The notes under the pieces were generated by a model that saw only the letters and a program-made list of their open reading frames with translations, did no database searches and was not told where the DNA came from. 64,000 nt of DNA from the human T2T-CHM13v2.0 reference genome, Homo sapiens, in the NCBI RefSeq assembly GCF_009914755.1, contig NC_060926.1; one strand, written 5' to 3'. This document shows positions 36,521 to 50,120 of this stretch, piece after piece; the first letter of the stretch is position 1; each line of letters begins with the position of its first letter. Made by a program: the position numbers and the translations under genes.

Positions 36521-37986
36521 AACCATATTCACTTTGGCTTCCATGGCATTTTTTTTCTTTCTGGCTGTGAAGATAAAAATTCTTCATGTCTCAACCAGCC
36601 AAAGCCACATTCCTATGGCTCCCACAATATTTTTTAGGCCTAGGCTTTCCTCCTGCCACCTATTATGTGAAAAGAAATAGAAGTGAAGCTAGTATTTAAA
36701 TTGTGTTTTTAAAATATTTTTTTAAAGTATTTCTTCACTCACAGAGAAAACTCTCACAATTCTGGGAATCAATTGTCAAACATTTCTTAAAGAGAAAAGC
36801 ACACGTAATCCCTAAAGAAAAACTACCCACTAATTTGACCGTCTGGAAGTGTAACAAAACACGTCTGAAGAATATGAGGTTCTTATCGCTACTCTGCAAA
36901 ATGTCCTCATTATCAAGAAGTTTTAGGGAACTGAAGAAGCTATGAATCCAGGGCGGGCATCGATTTGCCTTTTATTCACTCCTCTCATTGAGTCTTAAAG
37001 AATTTTTCTTGGAATTCAAGTCAATTACTTTGATAACATCATTATTTTATTTATACTTGCACCATGTCTGACCTGAGTTATCAATGCCTGCTTACCATTC
37101 CATTCCTATAGAATGAATGGCAGGTAAGGGGTTTGGCATGAGCTGAAAACTTCCAGGAGCATTGTACTGGGATGGCTAACTGAAAGAGTACTCCAGTTGC
37201 CTGATGTACTGTTCACAAGATACTTTCAGATTCCACCATACCAGCCTCAGGTAAGGCATAAATAATGTACTTCTGCATATATATAATATAAGCTAAATCT
37301 TCCTGTCACCTGGTCATCAACTATTATTATCACTTTTAAGTAATACTGACAAAGTACATAAAATGGCATTTCAAAAGCAGTACTTTTTATAAGCTTGTAA
37401 GCGGAAATGGTTTACTTTAATAGTGTTCCAATTACAATAGGATTTCATCACACTGTCTGTGAATTAATCCATTTATCTCCAGAGCTCAGAATAACAGATA
37501 TATGGTTACCATTAATGTCCTTCATTCCATCCTAAGAACAGTGATTCATAAATTCTTTTTGGATTTCAGGCCTCTTTAGAAATCTAAACAAAACCATGGA
37601 TCCTCTCCTCAGAAAATAAGCACAATTCAGATTTAGAAAACAGTTTCAGGGGTTTCTGCTCATGTCTCTTTGAAGTCCATATACATAGCCAGCCAATTCA
37701 GTATCAGAGTCCTTTGGGGTACCGGTTACAAAAGAAGATCATTCAGTAGGAGAAAGACATCTCCACTTTTTACAAAACGCCTGGTGATTCTAGTGAATAC
37801 CAGTACTTGAGAGCCAGTGTCCTTGAAGTTGATAGACTCCAAGTAAAACATTCCTGATATAGACGGTAGGGCTACAAAGTAATAGGATCAGTGTTCAGCT
37901 CTCATTGGCAGTCAATATTATTAGAGTTATATCTACAAAGGGGATGGGGGAAGGAAATCCTTAAGCCAAAATATATTAATAAAGTA

Positions 37987-38193
37987 TAGTAAGTCTTCAC
38001 CTAATGTCATCAATAGGCTCTTGAAAACTGCAACTTTAAGCGAAACATACAGCAGGTCCTCAAGCAGCATTGTTTTCTTTAACAACTTTTCTTTATAACA
38101 TTGATGAGAAAAAAAATGGTTTTACTATAAATCATTTCACTTAAAGTCACAGTTTCCAAGAATCCATTGACAATGTTAAGTGAAGACTTACTG
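37987..38193. mobile_element. MER6B (Tigger-family MITE, palindromic)
   Basis: Long TIRs AGTAAGTCTTCAC...GAAAACTGCAACTTTAAG and CTTAAAGTCACAGTTTCC...GTGAAGACTTACTG, with TA flanks. Confidence 0.85.
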
Positions 38194-41100
38194 TATAAGA
38201 AAAATAAATGATATAATTTCATATACCTTCTCTACCAGCAACAATATGCTATACTACTGTAATCTAGCATTTAGAGTCAAGTGTTCTTACCTTGAAATGT
38301 TTATTGTATCAAAATTCAAGGGACGGAAATGTGAGCAGCAGAATATGAAGTAGTCTGCACACAGGTGAGTCATGATCACCATCTACACACAGGTGGACAT
38401 ACCCAGCTCCTTAAGCATTTGGCCAAGGCTTTGCACATCTTCCCTTCTCCAAGCATGGAGACTAATGCCTTGTGCATGGTAGATGTTCAACATATTACCT
38501 TCAGATTTCATTTTAATGAGTCTCTGCTGACAACTCTATGCCAAATCCAACTGTTTGCTTAATGATAACTGGACCTTATTGTAATGGTCTAATGTTTAGA
38601 CCATTAGACCTATTTAGACCTATTAGACCCATAGGTCTAATGTAATAAACCTTACTGAGGTTTATTACAGTATTAAAATGAAATTTAATAGAGCTGAAAA
38701 TTTGGCAAACTAAACTTGTTTCTCTCTTAATGCTGGAAGAACCCTGATCAATACACACCATGCCTGAACTCAGTCCCTTCTACAGCTAATGAACTTTAAA
38801 ATGGCAAGAGGAGGTCAAGTCTATTTATCTGTTGTTTATTGCTAGAGCTGCTGATCAGGGGAGGAAACTATAGTTTATAGAGAGCGTGACAAGCAAGAAA
38901 TGAGAGTGACTTTTAAATGAGTACTTAGGAACATTAGTTTCTCAACTTCAGAATTATGTGTACTACATACAAAAAATGATGATGATAATGGTGAAAAAAC
39001 ACATCTTAATCCACTCTAGTATGATTAGACATATACTAAGTTAATAGTTTGAAACATGGTAAAATGATCTTTGCAGGGATCACTGACCTCTTGAAGAATC
39101 AGATAAAACCCAAAAAGCACAAAATTCATACAAGATTTTCACATCTTGTCAAGGAGTTCTCTGATCCCTGCAAGGCCATCTGTGCCCACCATTTTGTTTC
39201 AATAGTATTTGATTAGTTTGTCCACCTACCTAGAGAATCATGAGGGCAATTTAGACAAGAGGAGAAAACACGAGGGGTGAGGTCACACAGGCTTTGATCC
39301 TGCTGTATACTGTACAACGGAATGATCATGGGATCTGGACCCAAATGGTCCTGATGCGGGGCTCAACCTGTGGCTTTGTAACCTCAGAACAGTGAGGACT
39401 GCTATAAAGATCAAGTGAATGAATCATTATGGGTGGTACGGGTGGTCTTCAGTGAATGCATGCAGAGGTCATTGTTATTAAACGAATATATATTTTTTCC
39501 TGATTATCCAGGAGCCTAATGCTACTATTCTCTAGGTCAGATTTATGGTGTGAAACTTCTCAGATTACAATGAGAACTAGAACTTTACAAAAAAATGACT
39601 TTGGTATTTACGTTATTAAGACCTTTTGGATGAAATTCAAGAAAAACTTGACTTAGCTAATTCTATCCCAAAGTGAAAAGAAGAAGGTAATGTTTTTCTA
39701 CATAAATAGAATAACATTTAACTTTAAATCTCTTCTCAAGAGAAAGTCAACATCATCCTTCCTGAAAACATAAATGTTTAAAAAGTAGCTAGAATACACA
39801 TCATTAAATTGCATCCTAAACATTTATACAGCCAACCTACACAGACACATGCACACATGCTACACACACACAATCACACATACATACTACATACACACAC
39901 ACTACACACACACACAAACACACACATACTATATTTTTTACAGCTATCTACCTGTGTATCTTTCCATCTGTATATGTTTACATGTATGAATCACTAAGTA
40001 ATCTTGATTTATTTTTCATTTCCTAGACTCTACTTGGCAATAATTAACACTTTTATCTACCAATTAAAACCTGCCGCAAATTCACATCTTCCACAAATTA
40101 AAATACACTTCAAAAAGAACACACAATCTGGTGGGTGGAGGTCGTGGGCACTTTGCTCAGCGGGAGATTTAATTAAATTATTATTTTCTCACCACCTTTT
40201 ACACACACACACACAAAACCCAAATTATATTCAACCCTAAAAAGATATTCTTTCTCCATATTATGTCAACAAAATGTAGAGTTACAAGATCAGCAGCAGG
40301 GATCACAGGATTTGGGGAGGTCAATGCCACCATTTCAAATCTCAGAGTCAATTCACAGTAGCTACTTAAGAGATGCAAAAGGCCTGGCAAGAGTATTTAT
40401 TTCCTGCAAGAATCCTCTGCAAGCAAACTGTCCATTCAGCAGTTCTGCAGGCTACTGTTTCACCATGCGACAGGCCCACTTATTCATAAACAAATCATTA
40501 ACATTCTTGACATAAATCCATAGTGGACCATTAATCCCAGCTATGATAATGTTTTCGTACATTTGCTCTGCCCATCATGAATAGGAGTGTTGTTTCGTAG
40601 AACCCATCCCTGACAAATAAGAGACAAATTATGCCCCGTGAGAAAACTTGGAGAATGAACGGCTTACACACCAATTACTGTCTCATTATCTGGCTGATGC
40701 AGAAATAGATCCTGTGTGCTTTGGGTGAAATGTAGATTTTTCTTACTCAGACCAAAAAATATAAGTATACACAAAATCACTTGCCAAGGTAATTTTTGTT
40801 GCTCGGATTCATCTGAAGCCACACTCTGGGAACATTCCTCATAAAAACAAATCAATAATTATTGCTTAAGGAAAAAACAAACAAAACCCTAGTATAAGTA
40901 CAAAAACAAAAAACCCCAAAGATCCTAGCAACTATCAAGACTAATGGTTAATTTTTTTTTTTTAGCTTTTCAATGTTCATTGAATATTGAAATATTCTGC
41001 CCAAGAGTTATCAGGAAAGGGATATGAATGACAGAGAAACAATAAACAATGTATAAGAAAGTAAGAAACTCATTTAAGTGAAATAGACTCTATGGCCTGA

Positions 41101-41490
41101 CAAGACCCTTAAATTCAGTTTATAAATTCTCCCCACTGAACTTGAACAAGAAACCTCTTCATGATCAAAACACATTGGATAAGCACCCATACATAAGAAG
41201 GATTTGCTGTATGTTTTTATGTTCTAAGCTAAACAGACCCAATTCTAGCTCTTTAACCGTGACATCATAAGTTAAATAAATATACTAACAACTCCACAAA
41301 AGCGACCAACTCAAACATTTTATTTTATGTATTGGTACCCGTAGTTCTAGCTACAAACCATCTGCTGGGCTGAAGCCAAGGCTCATGCTCTGTCAACCAG
41401 CACTTCATATATTTGCATTGGCAGGGACAACACCAAGAGCCTATTTATTTCTCTGTAAGGTATCTGTCTTCCAACAGCTGTTGGGTAGAA

Positions 41491-41655
41491 CAATGCTTCT
41501 CAAACTTTATGTGTATAGGAATCACCGAGGGATTTTGTTAGAATGCAGATTCTGGGTCAGTAGGTCTGGGGTGACGCTTAATAGCTTACATTTCTATCAG
41601 GCTCCCAGGTGATGCAAATTCTGCTCTCCTGGGACTACACTTTGATAAGCAAGGT
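41491..41655. mobile_element. MER5B
   Basis: TGCTTCTCAAACTTT...AATGCAGATTCTG..TCAGTAGGTCTGGGGTG...GCTCCCAGGTGATGC...CACTTTGA. Confidence 0.8.
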
Positions 41656-41899
41656 GGGAGATGACTAAGTTTTGATTATGGCTTCGTAGACCAATAGCTT
41701 GGGTCTCTATAAGCATAAAATGGAAGCCTCCTCTTCTGTTCAATTTTGCTTTCCCTACTACTAATATAATTATTAATTTCATCAATAAGGATAAAATTTG
41801 AAGTCAAGTTTTACACAAGTCTTCATTTAGAGTAAGAACGAGAATGCAAAAATCTAGACAAATACTTGCATAACATTGGTGTAGGGGCAAAGCACCCTA

Positions 41900-42425
41900 C
41901 TAAGGACCTGGATTTCAATCTTATTCTACCCTTCCATAAAATAAAACCATGAGGCCATAAGTATGGGACTGAACCTCTCTTAGCCTCAGTACCTTGATCT
42001 GTAAAATGGGAACTGAAAATACTCACCACACAGTATTAGCACAGGATGAAATAAAACATGCAAAAAGCACCTTAGCACAACAGGCCCTCAACAAATATGA
42101 GTTTCTTCTCTTGCTTTCTTTGTTATCCAACATTAGTAGCATGGGTTGGATCTAGTAGGACGACCTCAATCTGAGGTAAAAGAGCCAGCTGGGTTTAAAT
42201 CGTTGCTCTGCTCCTTCTTACCTATTTATCTGTAGGCAGTCACTCAGCTGGCGGTTCTCAGATGCAGACGGTCAGACCCATACCAAGTTGTCTGTGTAAT
42301 GATCACTTGACAAAAATTCAGATTCTTCTGCCTGCCACCCTGTAATTCTCACACAACAGGCTTGAGATTTCAGTTTAGAATCCGTGTTTTCAAATGCCTC
42401 CCTAGCAAGGATTGAAACCACTGCC
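41900..42425. mobile_element. MIR fragments (~41900-42250) followed by a MER5A1-like element (~42250-42425)
   Basis: GCCTCAGTACCTTGATCTGTAAAATGGG and GGTTCTCAGA...TTGAAACCACTG. Confidence 0.6.
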
Positions 42426-43904
42426 TTCACCTTTAGAACCTCAGATGCCTTGAGCACAGTGATGCCCATGACAACAGTGATGCCCAACCACTTACTGCAA
42501 TGGGGCTCTGACAACACGGCTCGGTAAATGGAAAAAGGCTAACACTGTGTTGCCATTGAGACCCCTACACACAGGATGAGAGGATTAACTCAGTGACAGC
42601 CCTTAGCTGGAGACACTGCTTTCCCTGAATTTATCCTCCATTTTACAACTCAAGCAATAACTGGATCCAAAGCAACTGCAAGCTCCAGTTCCTGATTTGT
42701 TTTTCTCTTTTAATCACCACAAATAATCAGTTTGCTTTTCCCAGGCCTCTGGGTTGTAAAGGAGATGGCTTCATTGACTCTTCCTACCAGGTCAATGAAT
42801 GAGTCCATTTCTGGTTGCCTCCAGATCCTAGCTTTCTCTGATACTTCGTTGCAAAATAGAAGAGCAAGTGCCCAGTCACTACCTGGAAACTCAGTGCATA
42901 GCTAGTGCAGTAACTTCATCAATCACTATGAACAGCCTTCTCAATCAGAAGGGAAACATTTTTTTCTTAGATCACCACTTTATCTTGCATCTTTTACCAC
43001 TTCCCATCTGGTTTACCTTGGATATGTATAGAATCCAAGTAACAATTGTCTCAAAAAGAAACATATATCCCTGCCCTTTGGTTTCAGAGGATAAAGATCC
43101 CATTTGCAATTATAAATTTTAGATCAAACAGAATAGGGATTATGAAACATATTCATGCAAAAGGCAGCCACATTTTTATGCAGAGATCTAGGAGCTTTTC
43201 TCAAAAGCATAGAAGGCATTCCCTTCACTGTTTCCTTTATTCTCCTCTTTCCTTTCTGCCCTCCCTCCCTGCCTTCCTCTTTGTCTTCTTTCCTTCCAGT
43301 AGCATTTGTAATTCTATAAACTCATTGAAATATTTCTTAACGAACAAAACTATTATTTATTCATCCTCAGTTTCAAAGCAACATGTGTCCCTTAACTCCT
43401 GTGGTATAATGAGAGAGGGACGGAGGAGGCAGGAGGAGAAAGGGGAAGAGGGAGAGGGACAGGAAAAGGGAGAGAAAGGGTATTATCAGTGCTCTGGTTT
43501 CCAATCCTGGAGTCTCACAGTTAATGAAAATTAGAGAGGAGCCCTGGTGTAAGATGATAAATGGCAAATGATACTTGGCTTTCATGGCTGGAGAGTAAGA
43601 GTGGGGGGTGACAGGAAGTGGCCAGAACTGTGGCAAACAAAAGAAGTGCATGCTCCCTTTGAAGGTAGAGTTGCTGTTCAATTCTAGGCTAGAGTGGCAA
43701 ATAAAAAAGGGGGATTAACACTGTCAGACTGTCAAAGGTTTCAAAAAAGGCCACACCTGAGAGGGCCACATCTTATGCAAAATGTCCTGATCTTTTGGGG
43801 CTTGCTACAGTTTTAAAATTCTATAAGCACTGTGCTGGCCAAAGGAACTATACCAGCAAGGCAAATGTGGGTTGTGGGTCAACCACTTGCAAACCCTCAC
43901 CTAC

Positions 43905-44325
43905 ATAGTTTCTGTGGCTGGGATGCTGGCTGGTCACCAGAGTCTGCTTCTCTTTTTTGTGGGCACTCATCTGGGCCACAATTTCTCCACCTACTTTGTA
44001 ATTAGGTATGAAATGATGACTGAGTTCTAGCCAATGGAATGTGAGCAGAAAGAACATCTGCCTCTTATCAGCAAAATCTTTAAGGAAGTAGCTGTGCCTC
44101 CTCATGCTATCTTTCCACTTGTGCCAACTAGGTGCAGTCAATGAGGCCACAGGGGCAGTGGAACCACAGTGGGGAAGAAGCCTGGATCCCTGAATCACCA
44201 CATGGAAGACAGCCACCGAATTGTCCAGGAACACAACTTTGAATTAGGACTTGGAAATTAAACATTGATCATGTTTTGTCCATTTCATATATTACATCCT
44301 ATTAATTACTGCAACCTAGCCTGGA
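43905..44325 (+). mobile_element. MLT1J-like LTR
   Basis: ATGACTGAGTTCTAGCCAATGGAATGTGAGCAGAA and AGCCTGGATCCCTGAATCACCACATGGA. Confidence 0.7.
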
Positions 44326-44876
44326 ATCCTCTGGCTTTGAAAAATAGTGATCCTTCATCATCCTTGAGATGCCCTTACTTCAAATGTAAGTGGAATGCTA
44401 TTCTTTTTTCTCTCCTAGATAAGTTTATTTTTAATGCTAAGTATAATAGTCCCTCCATGCCTACTCAGGTTCATTTTTATTTGTCAATTGCTTAAGGGCA
44501 GAAATTCTGATCTTCCAGAGCATTCAAAATTCAAGCACTTAGGATCACATTGATAGCAGGCTACCATGATAGCTCTATCAAGGAAAGGTTATTACCAAGG
44601 AAAATGAACATACATGTTGAAAATCTTCACCATAATCACTTTTTTTCAAACCACAAAATATCTCCCAAGAGCAAGGTCATTACTTTTTATAAAGCCCGCT
44701 TCCCTAAATTTTTGTTTATTAACCTTTCTTTCTCTTGACATGACCTCTGAGATGGTTTAGTATCAGGCAGCGACTACTTGAACTTAAAAAAAAAAAAAAA
44801 AGTAAAATATGTAAAGGAGGGGGAGGATCCATTCCAAACAGGAAGCAAGGAGGTGACACAAAAACCTAGAAGGCAA

Positions 44877-45208
<332 letters not shown>

Positions 45209-47339
45209 TCAGAAGACTTCAAGTCACTTTTCTCAGCATCTTTTGCTACACAAGTAAAGATAAAATTCAAAGAATGTAGCTTTTTGTCTTATAAATTCTT
45301 TACGTGCAGATATTTTATTGAGAGCATAGGAAAATGAGTGAATGTGATGTGCCAATATGGTGCTAGAAGCCAGCAGTGAACTTTGGCAGTTCAGGAAAAA
45401 AGCTCCATCCTTCCAGGCAAGCTCTGGTATCTGCCAGCAGCAGCGGTCCCCTCCAGGGGAGACACCTAAAAGCTTAGGGAAAGCTTGGTGAAAGCTTGGC
45501 AAAAACAGTCAAGGACGGTTAATCACTTTTTCCATTTATTTTGAGCCAATAGGATTTAATTAAGTATACTTTAATTAAAATTTAATCAAGCTTTCTGTGG
45601 CTGCAGACAGTCAGTGCTAAAAACTGCATCGACTACTAGTTTCTAAAGCCCCTTTCCAAATAAAGCTGCCTTACAACGAAGAAATATTTACTGTGGCAAT
45701 GTTGTATTCTGTCCCCAAAAGTGAGAAAAGGAGAGCAACTTGGGGACAGTGAAATGATGATATATAAAAGAGATTATACAAAGAAATGTGTAAACAAATA
45801 GGAGAGGCTGGTTTAGGGGAATTAAGTTGAGCACAAATCAGAGTGGAGCAAAGGAGCATTTACTTGATTCAAAATTACAGTTAACACCTATTTTGTGCAG
45901 GTTGCTGAGAAATGGGGCGTCCCACATGATCTAATATGCCTATATCCCTTCTGTCCTTCACTCACTTGTTCATTCAGCACTTTGAATGGTAACTGTTCTG
46001 GGGACAGTAGTCTAAATGCAAAGCTGATCTCTCCCAATGCCAAGTCTTAAATTGACAGTGATGAATGAAAAATCTTTATTTGCATGCTTGTGGTTTTCTT
46101 AAACAGACTACACGAGTAAAATTTAGCTGTTTATTGGTCATATTTTTTACCCATTTGAACATAAATTTTGTTACTGGGCTAAAATGGAGAAATGCTCTCC
46201 AGGATATTGAGAAATGTATATACTCTGCCATTAGCCAAAAAAGCACCACATTCTCTTTTTAATGTACATGTGTGAGCTCTCTATCTCTTCTACAGAATGT
46301 GATGCATGGGCTTTGTGGCAGCTGTCTGAGTTCCAGAGGACTTTCCTTCCCACAATTGCCAGACTCTGGCTGTGTTCTGGATAAATGAGGTTGTCAGAAA
46401 AGAAAGTTTCTGGGAAAGAAAGCATCACAACACAGCTATACACATCCCTTCCAACAGTAGCCTGCAGTGAAATGTTTGGGACAATATATTCGCAAATTCC
46501 AATTAATCAGAATTTTAAGAAAATTGTATGTACTAGACTGAATTTCTTACTCATCTTAAGGCTGGACACAACTCTGAAAGTAATTGCATCTTTCTCCAGT
46601 AAATCAGAATCTTAGTTGATCTCAAAGTCATTCTTCTAAAATCAGTTTTAACTTTACAGTTGCACAAAGACAGGTGGTATCAAACTGGTTGAATGTATAA
46701 CAATTCCAGACCTACTCAGTTTGTTTGTAAAGTTAGGTCTTATTATGGTCTCTTTTTCTCTGAATTTGCATTTTTGGAGGGAGGGGGTAGGACAAAGAAA
46801 AAACACCTGTTTGAGGATTCTGCTTATTTTTTCCTAAGTCATGTTTAAAATACAATTTTCCTCAATGCCCTTGAATCAGGCATCTAAAAGTTTCTTCTGG
46901 AGAAATTTATAATTCCCTTTCAAAGAACAACTTTTTGAAGTTCACCAAGAGTAAGTAGAAATTCATCACAGAGAGATGTTACAGCTGCCACATGCTGCAC
47001 ACTGTCTTTATTTTTCCCTATTCTGTCAAAGGAAACACAACCCAGGTTCCCATACAGCAGGAACAGGAAATTCCCATGAGAATGACACTAAGAAATGAAG
47101 GCAAGTGTGAAGTAGGACTCTGTGTTCTATCTAGAGCTGAAAGGGCAGCTGGATTTGGAGAAGTGTCCTCTCTGATGTCCTATTTTAGATTGTTATTTCC
47201 ATGTTAAAGTATCCCTCTACAAATGCTCATAGGAGTAGGGCACAAAGATATAACAAAAGGTTTCTTTGACAAAGACTGGGCCTTGTGCTTATCCCTGCTA
47301 TCTGAAGGTTTAGAATGCGGTTGGGAGGTGCACAGATAC

Positions 47340-47905
47340 TCCCATTAGGTAATAATAGGTAGTTAATAATTAAGTAATATTGTCCCCATTTCACATGTGA
47401 GAAAATTGAGGATTCGTTACTGAACTCAAAGCACAGCAAGGCAGGTAGAAGAGACAAAATCAGAAGGCAGGAGCTCCCACCCCCAGATTCCAGCCATTCT
47501 CCTGTCCCACACGTCCCGGCTGACCCACCTGAAGTGCACCCTCTCACCCCATCCCCATCCCGTGACCCCAAGCTAGTTCCTCAAACTTACTCTCAAATTG
47601 AACCCCTTTTGTAACCAACAAAAATTAATGATGCTAGAGGAAGGGGTTAAAAAATATACTCTGTGATTCATGAAATAAAACAAAGTTAACCAAGGAGACC
47701 AGAGGTAGCGAGAAAAATGGAGGAGTTGAGGAACAGGTCAGGCCTGGACTTCAATCCAGGCTCTGTGACTTACTACCTTAAAGCTTCAGGTGGGGAAATT
47801 AAACCCTCTAAGCCTCCATTTGTCACCGGCAAAATGCCCAGCTTCCAAGATAATTCATGAGAATTAAGTTAGATAAACAGGCAGAGCATAGGGCCCAGCA
47901 CACAG
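47340..47905. mobile_element. Two MIR fragments (~47340-47500 minus, ~47730-47905 plus)
   Basis: CCCCATTTCACATGTGAGAAAATTGAGG and TTCAATCCAGGCTCTGTGACTTACTA. Confidence 0.6.
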
Positions 47906-49239
47906 AGGACAGCCCACCCCCTTGCCCTCCACATCCAATGCACCATCCAACCATAACCCTCATTCAACCGCACCAGGCTCTCCAGCCATTTTGAGTGTCA
48001 TTTCTTTCAAGGATGCATCTGTCTACATCACTCATCTGCATCCAAGGTTGGCTTTTTCCAATTAGGAAAATTAAATTCAGAGTATATGAGTCAAATACAA
48101 AGGCAAAACCTAGACTTCAGAAAGCTAGAACAAGCATTGATTCGGGGAAGGGTAGTTTCCATATTCTAAACTCTAGGGTTCCTTGCAAGAATAGCAAATT
48201 GCTCACAATTCTTCCAAGCAGTTTCTCAGTCAATAACATGTTGACCAAAACAGTCCATTTTATGATCAGTCCCTTTCCCAAAATTCTTTAAGTCATATAT
48301 CCCTGTGCCTCTCAAAGGTAAACATTATATCTTCCTTCTATTCTCAGTCTTCAGCACAATAGATATGTGACATTGACTTGGTACAGATGTATATAATTTC
48401 TGTCAATGAGAAAAGAACCCACAAATCATACAATATGTTGTCTTCATTTAAGCTACCCAAGGACCCTTGATTAAAAACACATGAAGCAGTAAATTCACAA
48501 TCAAATACCACAAACAACTCTACATAATCTTTAACTATGTAGAATTTAATTCAGAGTGCATCAGAAATACAAATATTACATCATTACACTTTGAACATGA
48601 AGAAGACCTTCCCTGTTATCCCATTCAGCTCTCTTTAATTACAGTTAAGGAAACCGAAACATGGAGCAGAGGTGGGCATGTCTATAAACAAACATAAATG
48701 AAAGGATGACAACATCTGATATAATCAGGACTGTGTTCCAGATTCCCTTCTAAGTAGTGTTTGTTAGGTAGCATAACTTTTCATTCATACCATTTTGTGT
48801 GGTTAACATCAGTAGTCCTGTTTTACAGTGTGGAACAGAGGCTGAGAAAGTAGCTTGCCCAACAGCATAACTCTAGCAAGTGGTAGAGCAAAGATCTAAA
48901 CTCAAGTCATCTTACTTGGGGGTATTTTCCTAACCACTGCTCTTGACCGAGAGCCTGGAGCAGAGGATCCCCCATCCGGAGCAAGCATGGTATTCTTCCA
49001 CCCTGCCCTTCCCTGCTGCTGAGGGTCCAGTGAGCTGTCAAGGCAAGTCAGCCAAAATATACTCACTTCTTAAGAAGTAGATCCTGAGGATATTGAAGGC
49101 TTCATCAATTAAAAACAAATCTACAAGTATTTGGATTTGAAAAAACAGGATTCTAGAATCAGATATGAGGGAAGATTAGGACATTATTAGAGAATGATTG
49201 AGAAAGAATCGAGCACTGTTTTATTAGTTAGTTTTCTTT

Positions 49240-50120
49240 TCACTAACTATCTACCTGTTCACTGTAAAAAATAAAATTAAAGTGATATAGAAGAACATAT
49301 AATGAAATACAAAAGATTGATCTTTATGCCCTGAATATCAATGTGCCACCCCAGAGTCAACCACCATCAGTAGGGTTTTCTGTTGTTGATTTGTTTTATT
49401 TTGCTTTTGTTTTTGTTTTACATCTCACTGCAGAAATTTCAATGCATTTGTAAGCACAGGAAGACTCTTCTTTCATTTTTATATAGATACACACACACAC
49501 ACACACACACAAATATATATAAATGTGATCATACCATATGTACTATTTTACAGCTTACTTTCTATTTTTACTATATATCCAAAATTTTTCCCTAACAGCA
49601 TATCCCCCCTTTCTCTCTCTCTCCTTTCCTTAGGCTCAATAGTGTTGTGATAAATCATGATACAATTTTACTAATCACATATGGATATTTAGAAAATTAA
49701 CACTCCCACAAATAACAACAATGTGGGAAAGCACCTGTTATCCCTCATCCATCAGCATAGGCTTTATCCTACTTTTTAACTGCTACTTGCCTGATACGAT
49801 AGTTGGGTCTGCAGCAGAGGGGAGTGGTGGGCAGGGGAACTCTAACTATTGTTATATTTTACAGTTTATTAACTGAATGAGGCTGAACACTTTTATGCAT
49901 GTTTATTGAAAATCGGTACTTTCTGTGACTCTATTTGAGTCTTTTGCCCATTTTTCTACTGGATTGCTTGTCTTTTTCATATTGATTGTGAAAGCACATT
50001 GCATATTAAGAGAACACAACCTTTGTTAGTCAAATGTCTTGCAATACATTTTCTTGAATGTATCATTTATTCATTTATCTTTTGGTGCTGTTTAGGGTAG
50101 TTCTGCCTGAAAGTTTTAAA
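49240..50120 (-). mobile_element. Ancient L1ME 3' fragments
   Basis: CACTCCCAC...CAATGTG, TGAGGCTGAACACTTTT and TTTTGCCCATTTTTCTACTGGATTG. Confidence 0.55.

Noticed and set aside
37987-38193. Long hairpin resembling a miRNA precursor
   Set aside because: Fully explained by MER6B terminal inverted repeats
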